From Stylophora pistillata (taxonomy: Eukaryota), in contig NW_019217867.1 of assembly GCF_002571385.2 (NCBI RefSeq), positions 67,885 to 131,884 on the forward strand: a stretch of 64,000 bases of DNA. Direction: 5' to 3'. The position numbers were made by a program, and so were the translations under genes. Below are positions 41,401 through 54,334 of the stretch, in pieces. Numbering within the stretch: the stretch's first letter is position 1; every line of letters begins with the position of its first letter. The notes below the pieces were generated by a model, which saw only the letters and a program-made list of their open reading frames with translations, did no database searches and was not told where the DNA came from.

Positions 41401-42490
41401 ACCATCATAGACTTTTTGACTTCTTGTATCTTTGAAACTAAGGAATAAAGCTCAAATTTAAAAGGGTTCATATTATCAATTAATTAATAGAATAGCAGTA
41501 GAATCCACTTTCTATTGTTTACCAGCATAATTTATGTTTACGAGAACATGAGAAAATTTTGTAAAACATGAGCGGGAGGCAATTAACTCACTAACTTATT
41601 CTTGCTTTCTCCTTACATCCCAAGTGGGTTTAACTACTCTGGTAAACTGATTGAAAGTGTGGTCTACTGCTTTTATAAAAATAACTATGATGCATGGCTT
41701 TACGGATGAAATAAGCAATAGGGCTTTGACAAATCAGGGTGCTTGTAGGCTATCTCAGTTATTTTTAATTATACACTGTAATAAACCTCTAAATAAGCTG
41801 GGTGGATCAATCTGCCAGTGAAGAGATGAATCCACATGAAACAACTCCCACAGGGATCAACAAACGCTTTTCATTCCACTAATTTATTCGTTTTTTTCTC
41901 GTTGCCATGTTCCCACCAATAACGTAGCTCCATTTTCTGCCTTTCAAAGCACACACAACCCACAATTCCTCTATTCGCTCCGACAAAGGGCTAACGCTCG
42001 AAACATCAGCTTTTGTAATCATTACGGTGGCCAATTTACCATTTCAACTTTGTTGGTATATCCAAATCATAAAGGAGACCTGGGTTCAGGTTAGAGCCAC
42101 ATAACTGTTCCAGATACAAAATGAATCTTGTTGAATTAATTCAAAATCATACAATTCAAATACCTTGAGTTTTGCCTCTGGTTTCTTCAGAGCCTCATCA
42201 ATATCTTGAAGAGCAAGCTTGTCTTCATCATTCTTTTTCATAGAATTATAAAGGACTTCTACAGCGTGTTGAAGTCTTTTGTCCTCTTCTTTTGTATTGA
42301 CACACCACATCACTTCATGTTCATTCTCTGCATTAATTCCCTCTCTGTCCTTTAGACATTTTGCTAAGGTAGCTGTGGCTTCCTCGTTTCCTTGTTTGGA
42401 AATTCCAATTAAAATGTTGACCGCCTCCTCTTTTTTGTCCAAGGTTGACGATTTTAGCAGCTCCTCAGCGTGAGATATTTTTCCTTCCAT
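35419..42490 (-). CDS. WFS1: Wolframin (ER multi-pass membrane protein), 8 coding exons, about 778 aa
   Basis: Exons 42490-42164, 41137-40886, 40054-39768, 39298-39126, 38451-38314, 38231-37466, 36297-36111 and 35625-35419 join in frame (2337 nt). Motifs PLVVFYISFISMVVFSLQMF, WIPCSEMA, WASLLRATVG, SLTWAEYSKTCG, QIQCSELQGQSVNWTG and CHLRTFDRYTF. Probable UTR exons lie at 43889-43806 and ending at 45804. Confidence 0.92.
41178..41360. mobile_element. 183-bp MITE
   Basis: TIRs CAGGGCTCGACACTAA / TTAGTGTCGAGCCCTG; no clean TSD. Confidence 0.8.
41850..42068 (+). mobile_element. 5'-truncated Penelope-like element 3' end (ORF tail, UTR, degenerate hammerhead)
   Basis: 41853-41882 encodes GINKRFSFH*, resembling the end of Penelope GIY-YIG endonuclease ORFs. 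It is followed by a UTR and TTCGCTCCGACAAAGGGCTAACGCTCGAAACATCAGC. Confidence 0.7.
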
Positions 42491-42593
42491 GAGTATGGTC
42501 AGCAGCGTGTGATATAATTGGGTTTCTAAAAAAATTGCAGCTCAAACTCCTTAACCTGTTTTGAAACAAGTTTTAATTAACATTCAAATCCTT

Positions 42594-42928
42594 GGTGTTC
42601 GGTCTTTTCGTCCAAGAGTCCTTTCGTCCAAATCTTTTCATCCAAAAAGTCTTTTTGTCCAAAAGTATTTTCATCTTAAGTCTTTAAGTCTTTCCGTGAA
42701 GCAAATAAATAACTATAATATTATATTTAACAATTATTCCATGAGTGTGTGTTGGATATGAGATGATAGATAGCCAATGAGGCACGTAGCGCCGAGTTGG
42801 CTATAATCATCTCATATCCAACAAGCACGAGTAGAATAACTGTTTTATTAAAAACGCCCCCAAGATATTACACAAATCTCACCAATTCTTAAGTTTTTTT
42901 AGCTTTTAATTTTAAGCTTACCATATTA

Positions 42929-42964
<36 letters not shown>

Positions 42965-43420
42965 TAATGGCTAAGCTAATAGAAATTCTTGAATTGCATA
43001 ATCCAATGATCCAGTTTTTAAAAATATATTATAGATAAGGCTATATAAAGAACTTATCAGTGTGAGCCATTGCCCATTTGGTTCACCAATCTTCGTTTAC
43101 GAATTCAACATCATGAATTTAATACACAGAGAATGAATGAAGTTGTAACGCAATATAATTTATTAAATAGTGGCTAAAATAAAAACTTGCTTGCCGTTTA
43201 ATTATTTCACGCGAAAGAAATGGGAATATTAGGCTCATTGTTAAGCGTCTATTGAGCGTAAAAGGCAACGAAGTGTAACATCACTACATGTCCGACATAC
43301 CCAAATGGCAGTGGCTTGCAACTAGTGCTTTGTATAGCCTTATCTATAATAATTTTTGTATTTTTAAAAACTGGATCATTGGGTAATGCAATTCAAGACT
43401 ATTTATTGGCTTAGCCATTA

Positions 43421-43461
<41 letters not shown>

Positions 43462-43765
43462 AAGCATATGCATTAGCTTAAAATTAAAAGGAGCTAGAAA
43501 ACATAAGATTTGGTGAGATTTGTGTAATATCTTGGGGGCGTTTTTAATAAATCAGTTATTCTACTCGTGCTTGTTGGATATGAGATGATTATAGCCAAAA
43601 TGCATAATAACAAAAGTTATTTATTTGCTTCAACAAAAAACTTAACAAGTAAACAAACAGACTTAGGTGAAAATACTTTTGGCCGAAAAGACTTGGACGA
43701 AAAGACTTTTGGACAAAAAGACTTGGATGAAAAGACTTCTGGACGAAGACAAAGAGACTGTAATT
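42594..43765. mobile_element. Foldback/MULE-like non-autonomous element containing a nested palindrome of about 800 bp
   Basis: Ends are built of inverted (GTCTTTTCGTCCAA)-like tandem repeats; direct repeat (ATT)CAAATCCTT at 42582-42593 and 43763-43774; internal arms about 42797-43080 and 43301-43598. Confidence 0.75.
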
Positions 43766-43940
43766 CAAATCCTTTACCTAACTCAGTAAAGAAATTTTGA
43801 CATACCTTTTCTCAAAAGCTACATACACCACGTGTCCAGCGGAATTAACAAAGCCCTATGAGTTACGACTTTATGCTGCTGTTATCTACCTGCAAAACTT
43901 TTGATAAAATATGAAGTACATATTAGGTGACTTCTAAGAA

Positions 43941-45234
43941 GGAATTGCGGTCGTTTCACCAACGACTCGTTCATCAACATGTTAGGTTGATTCACCAACG
44001 TCCTACTGGTCAATTTGCCAACGTCAGATATCCAAGACTAAGGAAAAAAAAGTTGCTTATTGATGTTTAGAATGCAATCCTGATCCTTGAGTCACTGCCA
44101 GTTTCGCTTGACTGACTTCAGATCAATTTGCAAGTTTTGCAATGGTAAAGGCTTCTTTAAAAAGAGAGTGTTAATAACTATTGTGCCCGAGGCTTTGTCT
44201 CATTAAACGGCAACCAACATAAAATAAACAGAGCTAGGCAGGTAAAAAAATTTGATCCTGGAAATTACCTCTTTGTGAAAAGAAAGGAAAGAAAACTGCG
44301 TGCGTGTCTCTTTTCAACCATTGATGCAAGGATTGTAAAGAAACGCTGTTGTTGTCAAGCCTCACGGAACAAAGAAAGTGTGATTTCACACCTTCTTACT
44401 TTTGAGCGATGTCGCTTTTTGGACAGGACTAAGTGGCTGCAAAAGAGTAAGGTGGAAGAACAGAGTAACACACAAGTGCAAGTTGGTCATTTCTTTCTCA
44501 TATTGTGGTAGCTCCTAAAGGAGCTGGTTTTTTTTTTATGGGACCTACCCAGTGGTAAGTCACTGAACTGTAGTCTACTTGTTGATGACTCTGGGTTTTG
44601 CCCAAGTTAGCCTTGTGCACTCCTTGGGCTTCTTCTGGGCTTCTTCTGGGCTTCTTCTGGGCTTCTTCTGGGCTTCTTCTGGGCTTCTTCTGGGCTTCTT
44701 TATTCTGCTCTCGGCAGAATGAGACCTTATCTTTTATAACTGCATGGCAGGTTATAAATGGTGTTAACGAAAACGAGAGAAGGGGAAAAAAATTTGTTTG
44801 TCGCTTGCGTTCGCCGCCGTGTTTAAAGAGCTGTTTAGATCACGTCCAAAAGCATCTCTCCAATGAAGCGCTAAGTTGTTATGAAACGGACAACAATAAC
44901 CAACATAAGTCACACCTACCACCTACCACCTATCATCTGAGTTTGCTCTTGAATGCACGTGCAGGAAAATAAATGACAACACACACAAGTGAAGGCAAAC
45001 TTTTATTTAGACGTTAGCGAATTGACAAGTAGGACGTTGGCGAATTGACATAGGATGTTGGCAAATCAACCTAACACGTTGGCGAACGAGACATTGGCGA
45101 ACAAGACGTTGGCGAATGAGACGTTGGCGAATGAGACATTGGCGAACGAGACGTTGGCGAACGAGACGTTGGCGAATGAGACGTTGGCGAACGAGACGTT
45201 GGCGAAACAACTCGGTGGCGAAACGACCGGATAC
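43941..45234. mobile_element. Foldback/MULE-like non-autonomous element with 15-bp tandem repeats
   Basis: CGGTCGTTTCACCAAC... at the left is inverted to ...GGTGGCGAAACGACCG at the right; ACGTTGGCGAACGAG x~9 at 45077-45210; internal 11-bp repeat TGGGCTTCTTC x7 at about 44625-44700; imperfect TSD TCTAAGA. Confidence 0.7.
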
Positions 45235-48200
45235 TCTAAGAGGTGTAAAACCTGCTAGGAAGTGAAAACATACAGAAAAATATTTGCCATACCTATTTAG
45301 ACCCAGTGCGATCTGGATGTAACAGAAAACACTGCTGCTGGTCCGTGACAATTATTAGTAATTTTAATCAGTCAACTTGTATAGCGATCAGCTTATGTTA
45401 CTGTGCTGCTGAAAAGATTCCAGATTCAAGCATGTTCACGTCGCAGATCAATAGCTTCACATCTTTATTTCGGACTTTCCAACCAACTGTTCACCCTTCT
45501 AAATCCACCTTAAATAAACTCGCATCATTTAAGAACATTTTTAAAACAAATGGTCCAGGTAATACATTCAATCTTCTGATGGGTGTATCCCCGGGCATTC
45601 TTGCATCCCATGAATGACAGTGAGGTGAGATCGATCTGGCTGTTCCGTTCCGACTGAACTAACTCCGTTGTTCGCGTTACCCTACATTTACATTTTTTCA
45701 GTTAGCAAAATCAATGAGGCATTCGATTAGATATCCAACTTTCATAAACCTACGCAGAGTGCAGTTCGTAATTACAACGGTTTATAAACACGTTTTCACT
45801 TACCCCTCAGTTCGGACTACACTTCCGCCATGTTGTTTTCAAATTGCCTTAGCTGGACCCCAGCGATATGGTTTGTCACGCCAGAAAGTATTGCGTGACA
45901 ACGGTGTAGATGCCTGTCGTTAAGTTGGTGGAATATGGCCCCCTGACGTCTAACAAGTCACAATTTATAAATGTGAGAGAATCCCCAGCCTGCAGACCAG
46001 GCATAATTTTTTTTCGTGCTTTCCAGGCCCCAGTTGTTCGAACTACTAAAGCCAAGGAGGGACTTCCGGCTTCGGAGGTCTGAAGTCGGAAGTCCGAAGT
46101 CGGAAGTCCCGCCTCGGCTTTAGTGGTTCAAAGGTTGGATAACTTTATCCGGTGGATAAGCCCTTGTCTGCTGGATAGCGCAGTACGTTTTGTTATCACT
46201 TATCCGCTAGATAGCGATTTATCCGTCGGATAGCATTATCCGCCCTTTGAGGTAAGCTCGAGTCGCGTGAGAAAATAAGCGCAAAAAAAAAAAAAAGAAA
46301 GAAAAAAAGTGCCACATTCCAAGCAGAGCAGTTTACACAACACGAGCACCTGAATCTGTCCCACCATTCAATTGGATAATAGAAAGGCTACCTTGAGAGG
46401 CAGAATGGGGGAAGAGAATCAGATGTCGATTGAAAGTGACTGTTTGAAATGTTTGATATACATGCAAAATGAAGGATTGAACGTTCCTGGGGCTTTTCCC
46501 TTTTTGAATATTTTCCCGCCCGCCAAAATATTCAAAAGGGGAAAAGCCCTGGGAACAAGGTTGCTTTCCCTAGGGCTAGATACAAATAGAAAAGAAGCTG
46601 CAAGGAGCAGAGCACTGTATTTTGGGCACCACAAAAAAAAAATTATAGGTTACCTCCCACTACTTATCATCTCAGCCCCTAAAAAACAGCTGGCGAAGTC
46701 AAATTTATCTTACACACTGGCAGCCTCTCGCCCATCCCTTGAAACATTCAAGCCGGGTTTCCCTTTACTTTAGAATTACTTTCTAAATTCTGAAGAAAGT
46801 ATGGCAATGAGACAACAGTAATATGACCTTGCAGAACTTTTTTCATCTTGCAACCCATGCGAGCAATTTTTGGTTCAAGATGACCATAGTACTATTGTGC
46901 AACACATGCGACTTTTGTCAGATCAAGATACCAGGTTATAATCAAGAAATCAACACTCTACTGTGGATCACCACGAGAAGTCGGCAAAGGTTGAGGCACC
47001 ACCGACGCATCTTGTATGTTACAAGATAAACAGTGGCCAAAGCGTTGGCCGAAAGTTGACCAACAGTTGACCGACTGTTGGCTGACACGTTGGCCAACAA
47101 GTTGGCCGACGCATTGGTAGGATCAGATTCTTTAAACTTAGCGAGCTTCAAGAAGGTAGAGTACTTCCTGATCAAGATATTGGGATAGTTCTGATGGGCT
47201 TTTATTAAAATTTGATAATCTAGCAACATTTTGGCACACTGGCAAATTTCATTTGGGTATAATATCATTCTGTTATCATTTTAATTTTTTTTTTCAATTT
47301 TTGACCAAACATAAAAATGAGATCATAAAATTAATAAAGTTCTTGTTTATTTCAACAATGAATTAAGTGCAGCATCGAATACACCTTTCTGAATTGTTTG
47401 CAATAAAATAAATACATGTACAGATCTACCTTAATCAAGCAAAAACAAGCAAGTGTACCAGAAAAAATTGCTGTAATTCTTCGCATTCATGTATTGCCCA
47501 CATATAGTTACACACTCCTGTTTGACTGTTTTCACTTCCTTAAAGGTCACTTAGCATGAATTGTTCTTTTGGCAATAACTAGTAGATAACCCTCCTTCGG
47601 AATTTCTCTGCTAGTTTACTTTTAACATATAGCATGACTGATTTCAGAGCCTCTGATTTCTTAAAAAACAGATTTATTACATTGAATATCATCTAAGCAA
47701 GGAAAAGGATAAGAATACTTGTTACACTGGTTGGTATGTTTACACTTGCGAGCAATGATAATCAGGGCAGTTCTGTCCTCTCTCAGTTGTGGTTTGTGTC
47801 TTTACAAAAGGTAAATCATGTACAATTAAACCCATCTCTATGAACAAATGGAGAAGTTTTTATGCAATGCTGTTTTGGGTACAAGGCATTTACACTGGGA
47901 AATGATTGTTGTTTAGATAGAGTGCACCCTAGTGTATTTATTACAGTGACTAACTATACCCTATGCACATGGCATGCAATCATTGGGTACCGTAAACCAG
48001 ATACAAACATTACAATGATACCACAAGATGTAAAATCATAAGTACATTTACAGCAGAGATCTCTTATCTTACACTCCACCTCTACTCAGTTTCCTATCAT
48101 TTACCAATATGCACAATAACAATCTCTAAATAAATTCCTCACAGAAAAGTTAAATGTAACTTGTAATTTTCTGTGCATGCACCTAATTGAAAGTGCATTC

Positions 48201-48471
48201 ATTTAATTAACACATCAAATTCTTGAAAATCATGATTTGATCATATGTTATTTAAATGTACAAAAAGCTAGATACATTATTGCTTGTGCATGCAAATGCA
48301 AGCAAAGTTTGTAAACATTTTTTTAGCAACTATGCACTAAAATATAGTAACAGAAGTGATTCAGGTTCTTGACTGTATCTCAGCCTTCAAGAGAGTGCAA
48401 TTTATAACACCACAAGGATGTTGAGCTGTACAAGATTCATATTTGCAGGATATCACACATTGTTCAACAGG

Positions 48472-49504
48472 TCACCTCTGATCTGATGAGCTGACAACCA
48501 CAATTTCAATCTGTGATGGACTGTTAAGGAAATATTCAAATAATGGTTCTCTTCAAAACAAAAAATAGATTCTTTAAAGGTAAACCTGCAGGGTGTAATA
48601 AATCAGTCAGTCACATAAGACCTGAATTTGATATGTTTATGACACCAAAATCTACAAAAGACTAAATTCTCAATGCTCTCTTTTTACTTGTGGCTCTCTG
48701 TTCAGAGCTGTGGTCTAGCAGTGTGCAGTGGCCCCTGGCACCTTACTTTTGCTGTTAGGTGACACAGGAATCTTTTTTCATAAAAAGTATATGCTGGGCA
48801 CCCTGGATTTCACAGTTTCAGAGCAATGGGCTCCCTTCAATTTTTCTTACAGCACAGCCTTGCTGATGTGTAGGAGGAATGTGGATTCTATGAAGACATG
48901 CAAAGTAACTACCTGACAGAAATTTCATGGGAATCTGAGCATGCACAATGAAACCACAAGCACACAATTGTGAGGATGAAAAATTCCATTCTTCCACTGA
49001 CAGTCTTGCTTACAACCACTGACAAAGAGCCAAACTGATTGTAAGCCCAAGGTTGCATTTAATTCAACTTTACCCAAAGGCTACCATCTAAAATACCCTT
49101 GCTACATTTGCCATAAATTTATATAATTTAAGTAAAAGGATACAACTCGAAGTCCCCTGTCCATGGGGTTGGTGATCATTAGTCCCCTTGGAACAAAAAC
49201 ACTTTGGTTCTGTTCATTTATGTATTCTGCAAGTCTCTTTAAACACTGCCAAGACAGAATAAAAGGTTTCAAACAGTTCTTCGCAACCATAAAATATTAT
49301 CTTTAAAATCTTACACTGTTGTCATACTATTAGTTTCCGATCCTTAGATTCATTTTGAATTTCCTTCATTCTTGACCATTTCATTGCATATTAATTAGAG
49401 TTCCCCTGTCACAAAACATCATAGCAAAACTGACCAATCATTTTACATGAACTGGACCAAGAACATTCTACTGACAACAACTATTCACTTGACTCTGATG
49501 ATGA

Positions 49505-49535
<31 letters not shown>

Positions 49536-52500
49536 CACTACTGACAACAGTCCTTCTCAGGACTACACTCACCCAGACAATCACACTACACTTTCACATG
49601 TTATCCCAGCATTCAAACCATTTACTGAATTTCAAGACCATAGTATATTAAACCAAGCAGACAAGAAGTCCATATTTCAAACAGAGGTGTTTGATATACT
49701 ATATTTCACTCTTTTCACTATTCTTAGCCCTGAGTCATCCTTAGTTCCGTACAGAAATTTCAGTTTAAAAAAATATTTCATTCACTTAAAGTGCCCCTGA
49801 GACGAAAATTGACCATTTTATTTTGGCCTAAATTGTTCACCCAATGTTGAATTGGGTCAAGTTAAGACCCTTTTTGCCATTAAAACTCAAAACAAACCTT
49901 TGATGACCAATTTTTACCGCTTCAAAGTCGTCCAAAAATCGTCTGCTATTGCTGAAAACATGTTCCAGCCGAGCTTGCAAAAACGTCATCTGACATCAAA
50001 GGCTCAACAAACTTATGCTTTGTTTTGTCATAACTCTCTTTGTTCGCTGCACAGAGAATCACACATATTACTTTTTTGAGAACTGTTTCGTTGTCAGTCG
50101 GGAAATGTCCACTTTTTCAGACGATGAATTGTCCCAGAAATCATCTGGAGCTTCTATGGATAGTTTTGCGCTGACAAACGATGAATTTTTGTCATGCGAA
50201 AAAAGATAAACACAGAACAGCACGGACTCTCCATGTGGCTTTTGTGGTCGTATTGCTNNNNNNNNNNNNNNNNNNNNNNNNNNNNNNNNNNNNNNNNNNN
50301 NNNNNNNNNNNNNNNNNNNNNNNNNNNNNNNNNNNNNNNNNNNNNNNNNNNNNNNNNNNNNNNNNNNNNNNNNNNNNNNNNNNNNNNNNNNNNNNNNNNN
50401 NNNNNNNNNNNNNNNNNNNNNNNNNNNNNNNNNNNNNNNNNNNNNNNNNNNNNNNNNNNNNNNNNNNNNNNNNNNNNNNNNNNNNNNNNNNNNNNNNNNN
50501 NNNNNNNNNNNNNNNNNNNNNNNNNNNNNNNNNNNNNNNNNNNNNNNNNNNNNNNNNNNNNNNNNNNNNNNNNNNNNNNNNNNNNNNNNNNNNNNNNNNN
50601 NNNNNNNNNNNNNNNNNNNCACAAATCGCATCCGTTTTTCCCGCCCTGATCTATTTGCAAGGCTCTGATGGAGAGAAATACCTGCAGCATGGTCTGCACG
50701 ATTACTTCAGCTTTGAATTATGCATCAATGCCCAGTCATTTTTGTTTAGTTTTTGTAAGAATAAAATAAAGCACTCTGTTATGTTTGCTTGACATTTTGC
50801 CATGTGAGATTTTCGCATTGAGCCTTTGACGTCACTTCCTCTGAGTCTTGCGATCAACTTCCGCAACAGGATCAAATAATGGCGGACACGAAATCATGAA
50901 TTTAACAGCCCGAAAAAAGATATTTCTGGTGCTCGGTCTAAACTGAAATTTGGCAGAGAAGGTGAAGGAGACACACTGAACAAGAAAATGGAAAAAAATG
51001 ATGTACGAAAATTTTGATCTCAGGGGCACTTTAAATAAGATAAGTGAACAAAAAAAGAGGTATTTCTACTAAATCATAATTTTAGTTTCTTTCAATCTTG
51101 ACCAGCACATTTCACTATGCTTTGTAAAAGTTAACTAGTGCAAATATCCCAAAGATTATCGGAGCTGTTTATATTGCATTGTTCGCATTTTTAGTACCAG
51201 AAATATCATCGCTTCTGCAAAAGTGGTTAATGTTTACATTGTAAGTTTCTATTACCTTGTATTAAGCAGTGAAAAATCATTAATATAATTTGTTGAAAAC
51301 AAATGGTGCAAGTATTGTATTGCAAGTATTACAAATAGTGTGTTGACAGTACTGAAAACTTGCTGCTGTTACATTCTTTTCACAGACATCCTATCCTTTG
51401 ACTCCAAAACTGCAATATACCACCAGTTTCACTAAACCTCACCTTATTGTATTGAGTCTGTATACACATGAATATAAGATAAGCGGTAACACAACCCAAA
51501 CACCCTTCTAGGTAGGTTCTGGGACCAACTTCCTCAGCTTCATCAAATATTTCATTGATGTGGTTGACTGTTTGCTCAAACTGACTCCTTTCAAGCTGAA
51601 AGAAAAAAGGAAAGAAAGATTCAAATTTTGAAAAATAAATTTACTTGGGTATGACCTTTGAGTGCTATCTGCAAATTTAGCAAGCTATACTGTTGTAAAG
51701 TGACAATTAGCTTTGTTATTGTTTTGTTTTTTTTTAAACTTTCAATTTGAATGTATTGAACAAGCAAACACATGTAATCAAGGTCATTCTAATAATTTAT
51801 ACACACTTGCTGATACTTGATTGAACTGCTTGATACTATAAACAGAGGGAAGGCCCAAGGATTGTGAGGCTCAGCATGTGTCACTCATCAAAATAATAGG
51901 TAATTAAGCTGGGGAAATTTCCAGAATGTGGACAAAAAGGGGGAGTAATAAGTGGAATGCATGACTCACAAGATGTCAAGACCTTGTTAAAATGTCAGAC
52001 AGAAAATAAACAACAATGGCCGTAATATTCTTTATAATTTCCATCATTTTACTCAGGTTTTACTCAGGGTTCTATCAATGATATGAAAATATTGCAGCAT
52101 TAGAGGTGCGACATTCCCTTTTGAAATCATCTCTCTAATATTTAAACATGACTGTAAGCTGCTTCCATAATTCATTATTTTTAATTGTCAATGATATTAC
52201 ACAATCTTTTATGGATCAAAACAAGAAATCTCTTAAATCTGCTTTAGTTTCAATAAGACAGACCCACAGCTATAAAAAAGTCCAACTCTTTGAGAACTTA
52301 GAAAGAAATAAAACTCGGGGGACTAGTCCTAAAAGCTGATATTACTGATACCATTACTACTTCCCCATCCCACTTGGTGAGCATAATCCTTATAATAAAC
52401 AATTATTGGATAAGGTTGCACATTGTATCCAGAATTATTAGTGGTCAGGTCTGAGTTATCTGCCAAAGCTGAAGGCAGTCAGGCTGATAACACAGATACA

Positions 52501-54334
52501 AGGTTTGATAATTCATGATATCATGTAAAAGCTGAATTAAAAATTGTGTAATTATAGATTTTTTAAACAATCAGCAAAAGAAGACACTTCTCTCTGAGTT
52601 TGCAAAAGTTTAAGAACACTAAATGGGCTTGGAAAGTAAGCAAACTTGACCCAAAATCTGCTTCAGACATTGGGTGATCTTGTCAACATCACATGCTATT
52701 GTGCATTGACTGAATGTTCTTGAACAATCAGAGTTTTTGTAGTCAGTCTAATGTATAATAATCCCCCTTGTCACAATTTGATGGTTAATACATACAAATA
52801 GGTAGCACCATCAGCGACCAAAATGAAATTTCTTCTTACAATACACTATTAAGTATCAACTGTCAAGTAAACAAGTGGTGAGAATAAAGGTAAATATCAA
52901 CAAGGGGATTATTACTTGATCCAAGACCAAATTCTTTACACTAACATCATAAGAATTGCACCAGTGAAATTTTAATCTTGAAATGTAGTATATGCTAAGT
53001 TATTCAGCAAATTAGTTGTTCAGGTAGTAAGGTATTTGAATTGAGATTATAATTAACTTGCTGTTATAATTGTATTAGTTATCAAATGTGATTAACTCAA
53101 AGATATCAGCATTTGAGTGCTACTCTATAAATTGGAGACAAAATCAAGTTTATGAATGTATGTATGTAGTAAGGACAGTTCCTAATGACATCTTGAGAGT
53201 GATCAGGTTAAGATAAACAGGAATATGTCAAATGTTTCCCAAAATGCTGAAGTTTAAAACCCTTCTTGTCTAATTTAAAAGAAAATCTACTGAGAATGGA
53301 TGGGAGTATTACGGGTGTGATCTTCGGAGTAAAAGGATCAAACCTATCAATAATTGATACTCAACAAATGAGGAAGCTTTAAGGGACATTTAATTTGGGT
53401 AACATTGCCCAAAAAAATCAGAAAAGTCAGAAACTTAGTCTACTATAACCTAGTAAATTATACTTACTGTGCTTTGGAACTCTGTCAAATTATATAATTT
53501 CAACCAATCAAAAGGTATGTTGTATTAAAACTTGAACATTTTTCAAAACATTTTCCATAACGGTAATTCCCTTGAAAATAATCATTGTAAACTGTATTTC
53601 TGAACTCAAAAACATTTCCAGGAGGGTTTCTTCTCCTCAGACTCTCCTAACAGCTTGCAGATTTTGAGCCAAATCAGCCTTTCTCCTCGCCCACTTTTTG
53701 CTCATGGTCAACCATCACAACCCTTCCCGTCAACTCAGGTTTTTTTTAGAGTTTGTTAACATGCAAGCTTAGAAATCATTGATCGCTCGCTTTCCTAAAT
53801 TTGCGAAAAACTAGTTTCCTAGTATTTCAAACGAATATTTCACACACACAAAAAAAAAAAAAAAAATCGGGAAAATAACGCCAACATGATGTACACCTGT
53901 GACATCTAATAAAATAGTAGCAACAAACTTGATCGACCAGTTGACCGGACCCACCGTTATATAATTAAACAACAAACATGAAATTATACAGACTTTGTCT
54001 CGACCAGCCAGTGCAGATGTTAGTTTGGGTGAAAAATCAAAACGATACTAATAATACAGAGTCAAAAGCACATCCTCAGACTTACCTTTCCTTCTAATTC
54101 AGGTGGAAACTTGTTTTGAAAGCGACAAGCAGTTCCGCGCGAGTAGTCCCTCTGGATGAAAACTTTAACATTTCGTTTTGATGGATCATCAGTAGATACC
54201 TAAAAAAAATATCGTAAAAGTAAAAAAAGATGTTTCTCCCACAGTGGGGTACGTTGTTCTGTGTAAAACCCGGCGTCCGAAGCACGTAAAGTAAACGATA
54301 ATTCATACTACACCCCAACCTGAGCTGTCGCCAT
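48472..54334 (-). CDS. GOLGA7: Golgin subfamily A member 7 / ERF4 (Ras palmitoyltransferase accessory subunit), 5 exons, 140 aa
   Basis: Exons 54334-54320, 54199-54086, 51595-51443, 49245-49144 and 48510-48472 (423 nt): [63 protein letters not shown]. Confidence 0.95.
48511..49143 (-). other. U12-type (minor spliceosome) GT-AG intron in GOLGA7
   Basis: 5' splice site GTATCCTTT; branch site TTCCTTAAC 12 nt before the 3' splice junction. Confidence 0.93.
49491..49533 (+). ncRNA. Hammerhead ribozyme motif of a second Penelope-like repeat family (repeat spans about 49430-49627)
   Basis: GACU-CUGAUGA-U-GAC..GUC-GAAAC-AUC^AGUC: core boxes and stem I (GACU/AGUC) are present; the ACGU palindrome has decayed to ACAU. 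Confidence 0.6.
49790..51030. mobile_element. Non-autonomous TTAA-targeting DNA transposon (Kolobok-like), spans an N-gap
   Basis: TTAA|AGTGCCCCTGAGA..AAAATT ... AATTTT..TCTCAGGGGCACT|TTAA. Confidence 0.8.

Noticed and set aside
44598-44972. 124-aa ORF with WASSGLLLGFF repeats
   Set aside because: Produced by an 11-bp tandem repeat inside a non-autonomous transposon.
45007-45351. LANET / RQRLV repeat proteins
   Set aside because: Translations of a 15-bp tandem repeat in the end of a foldback element.
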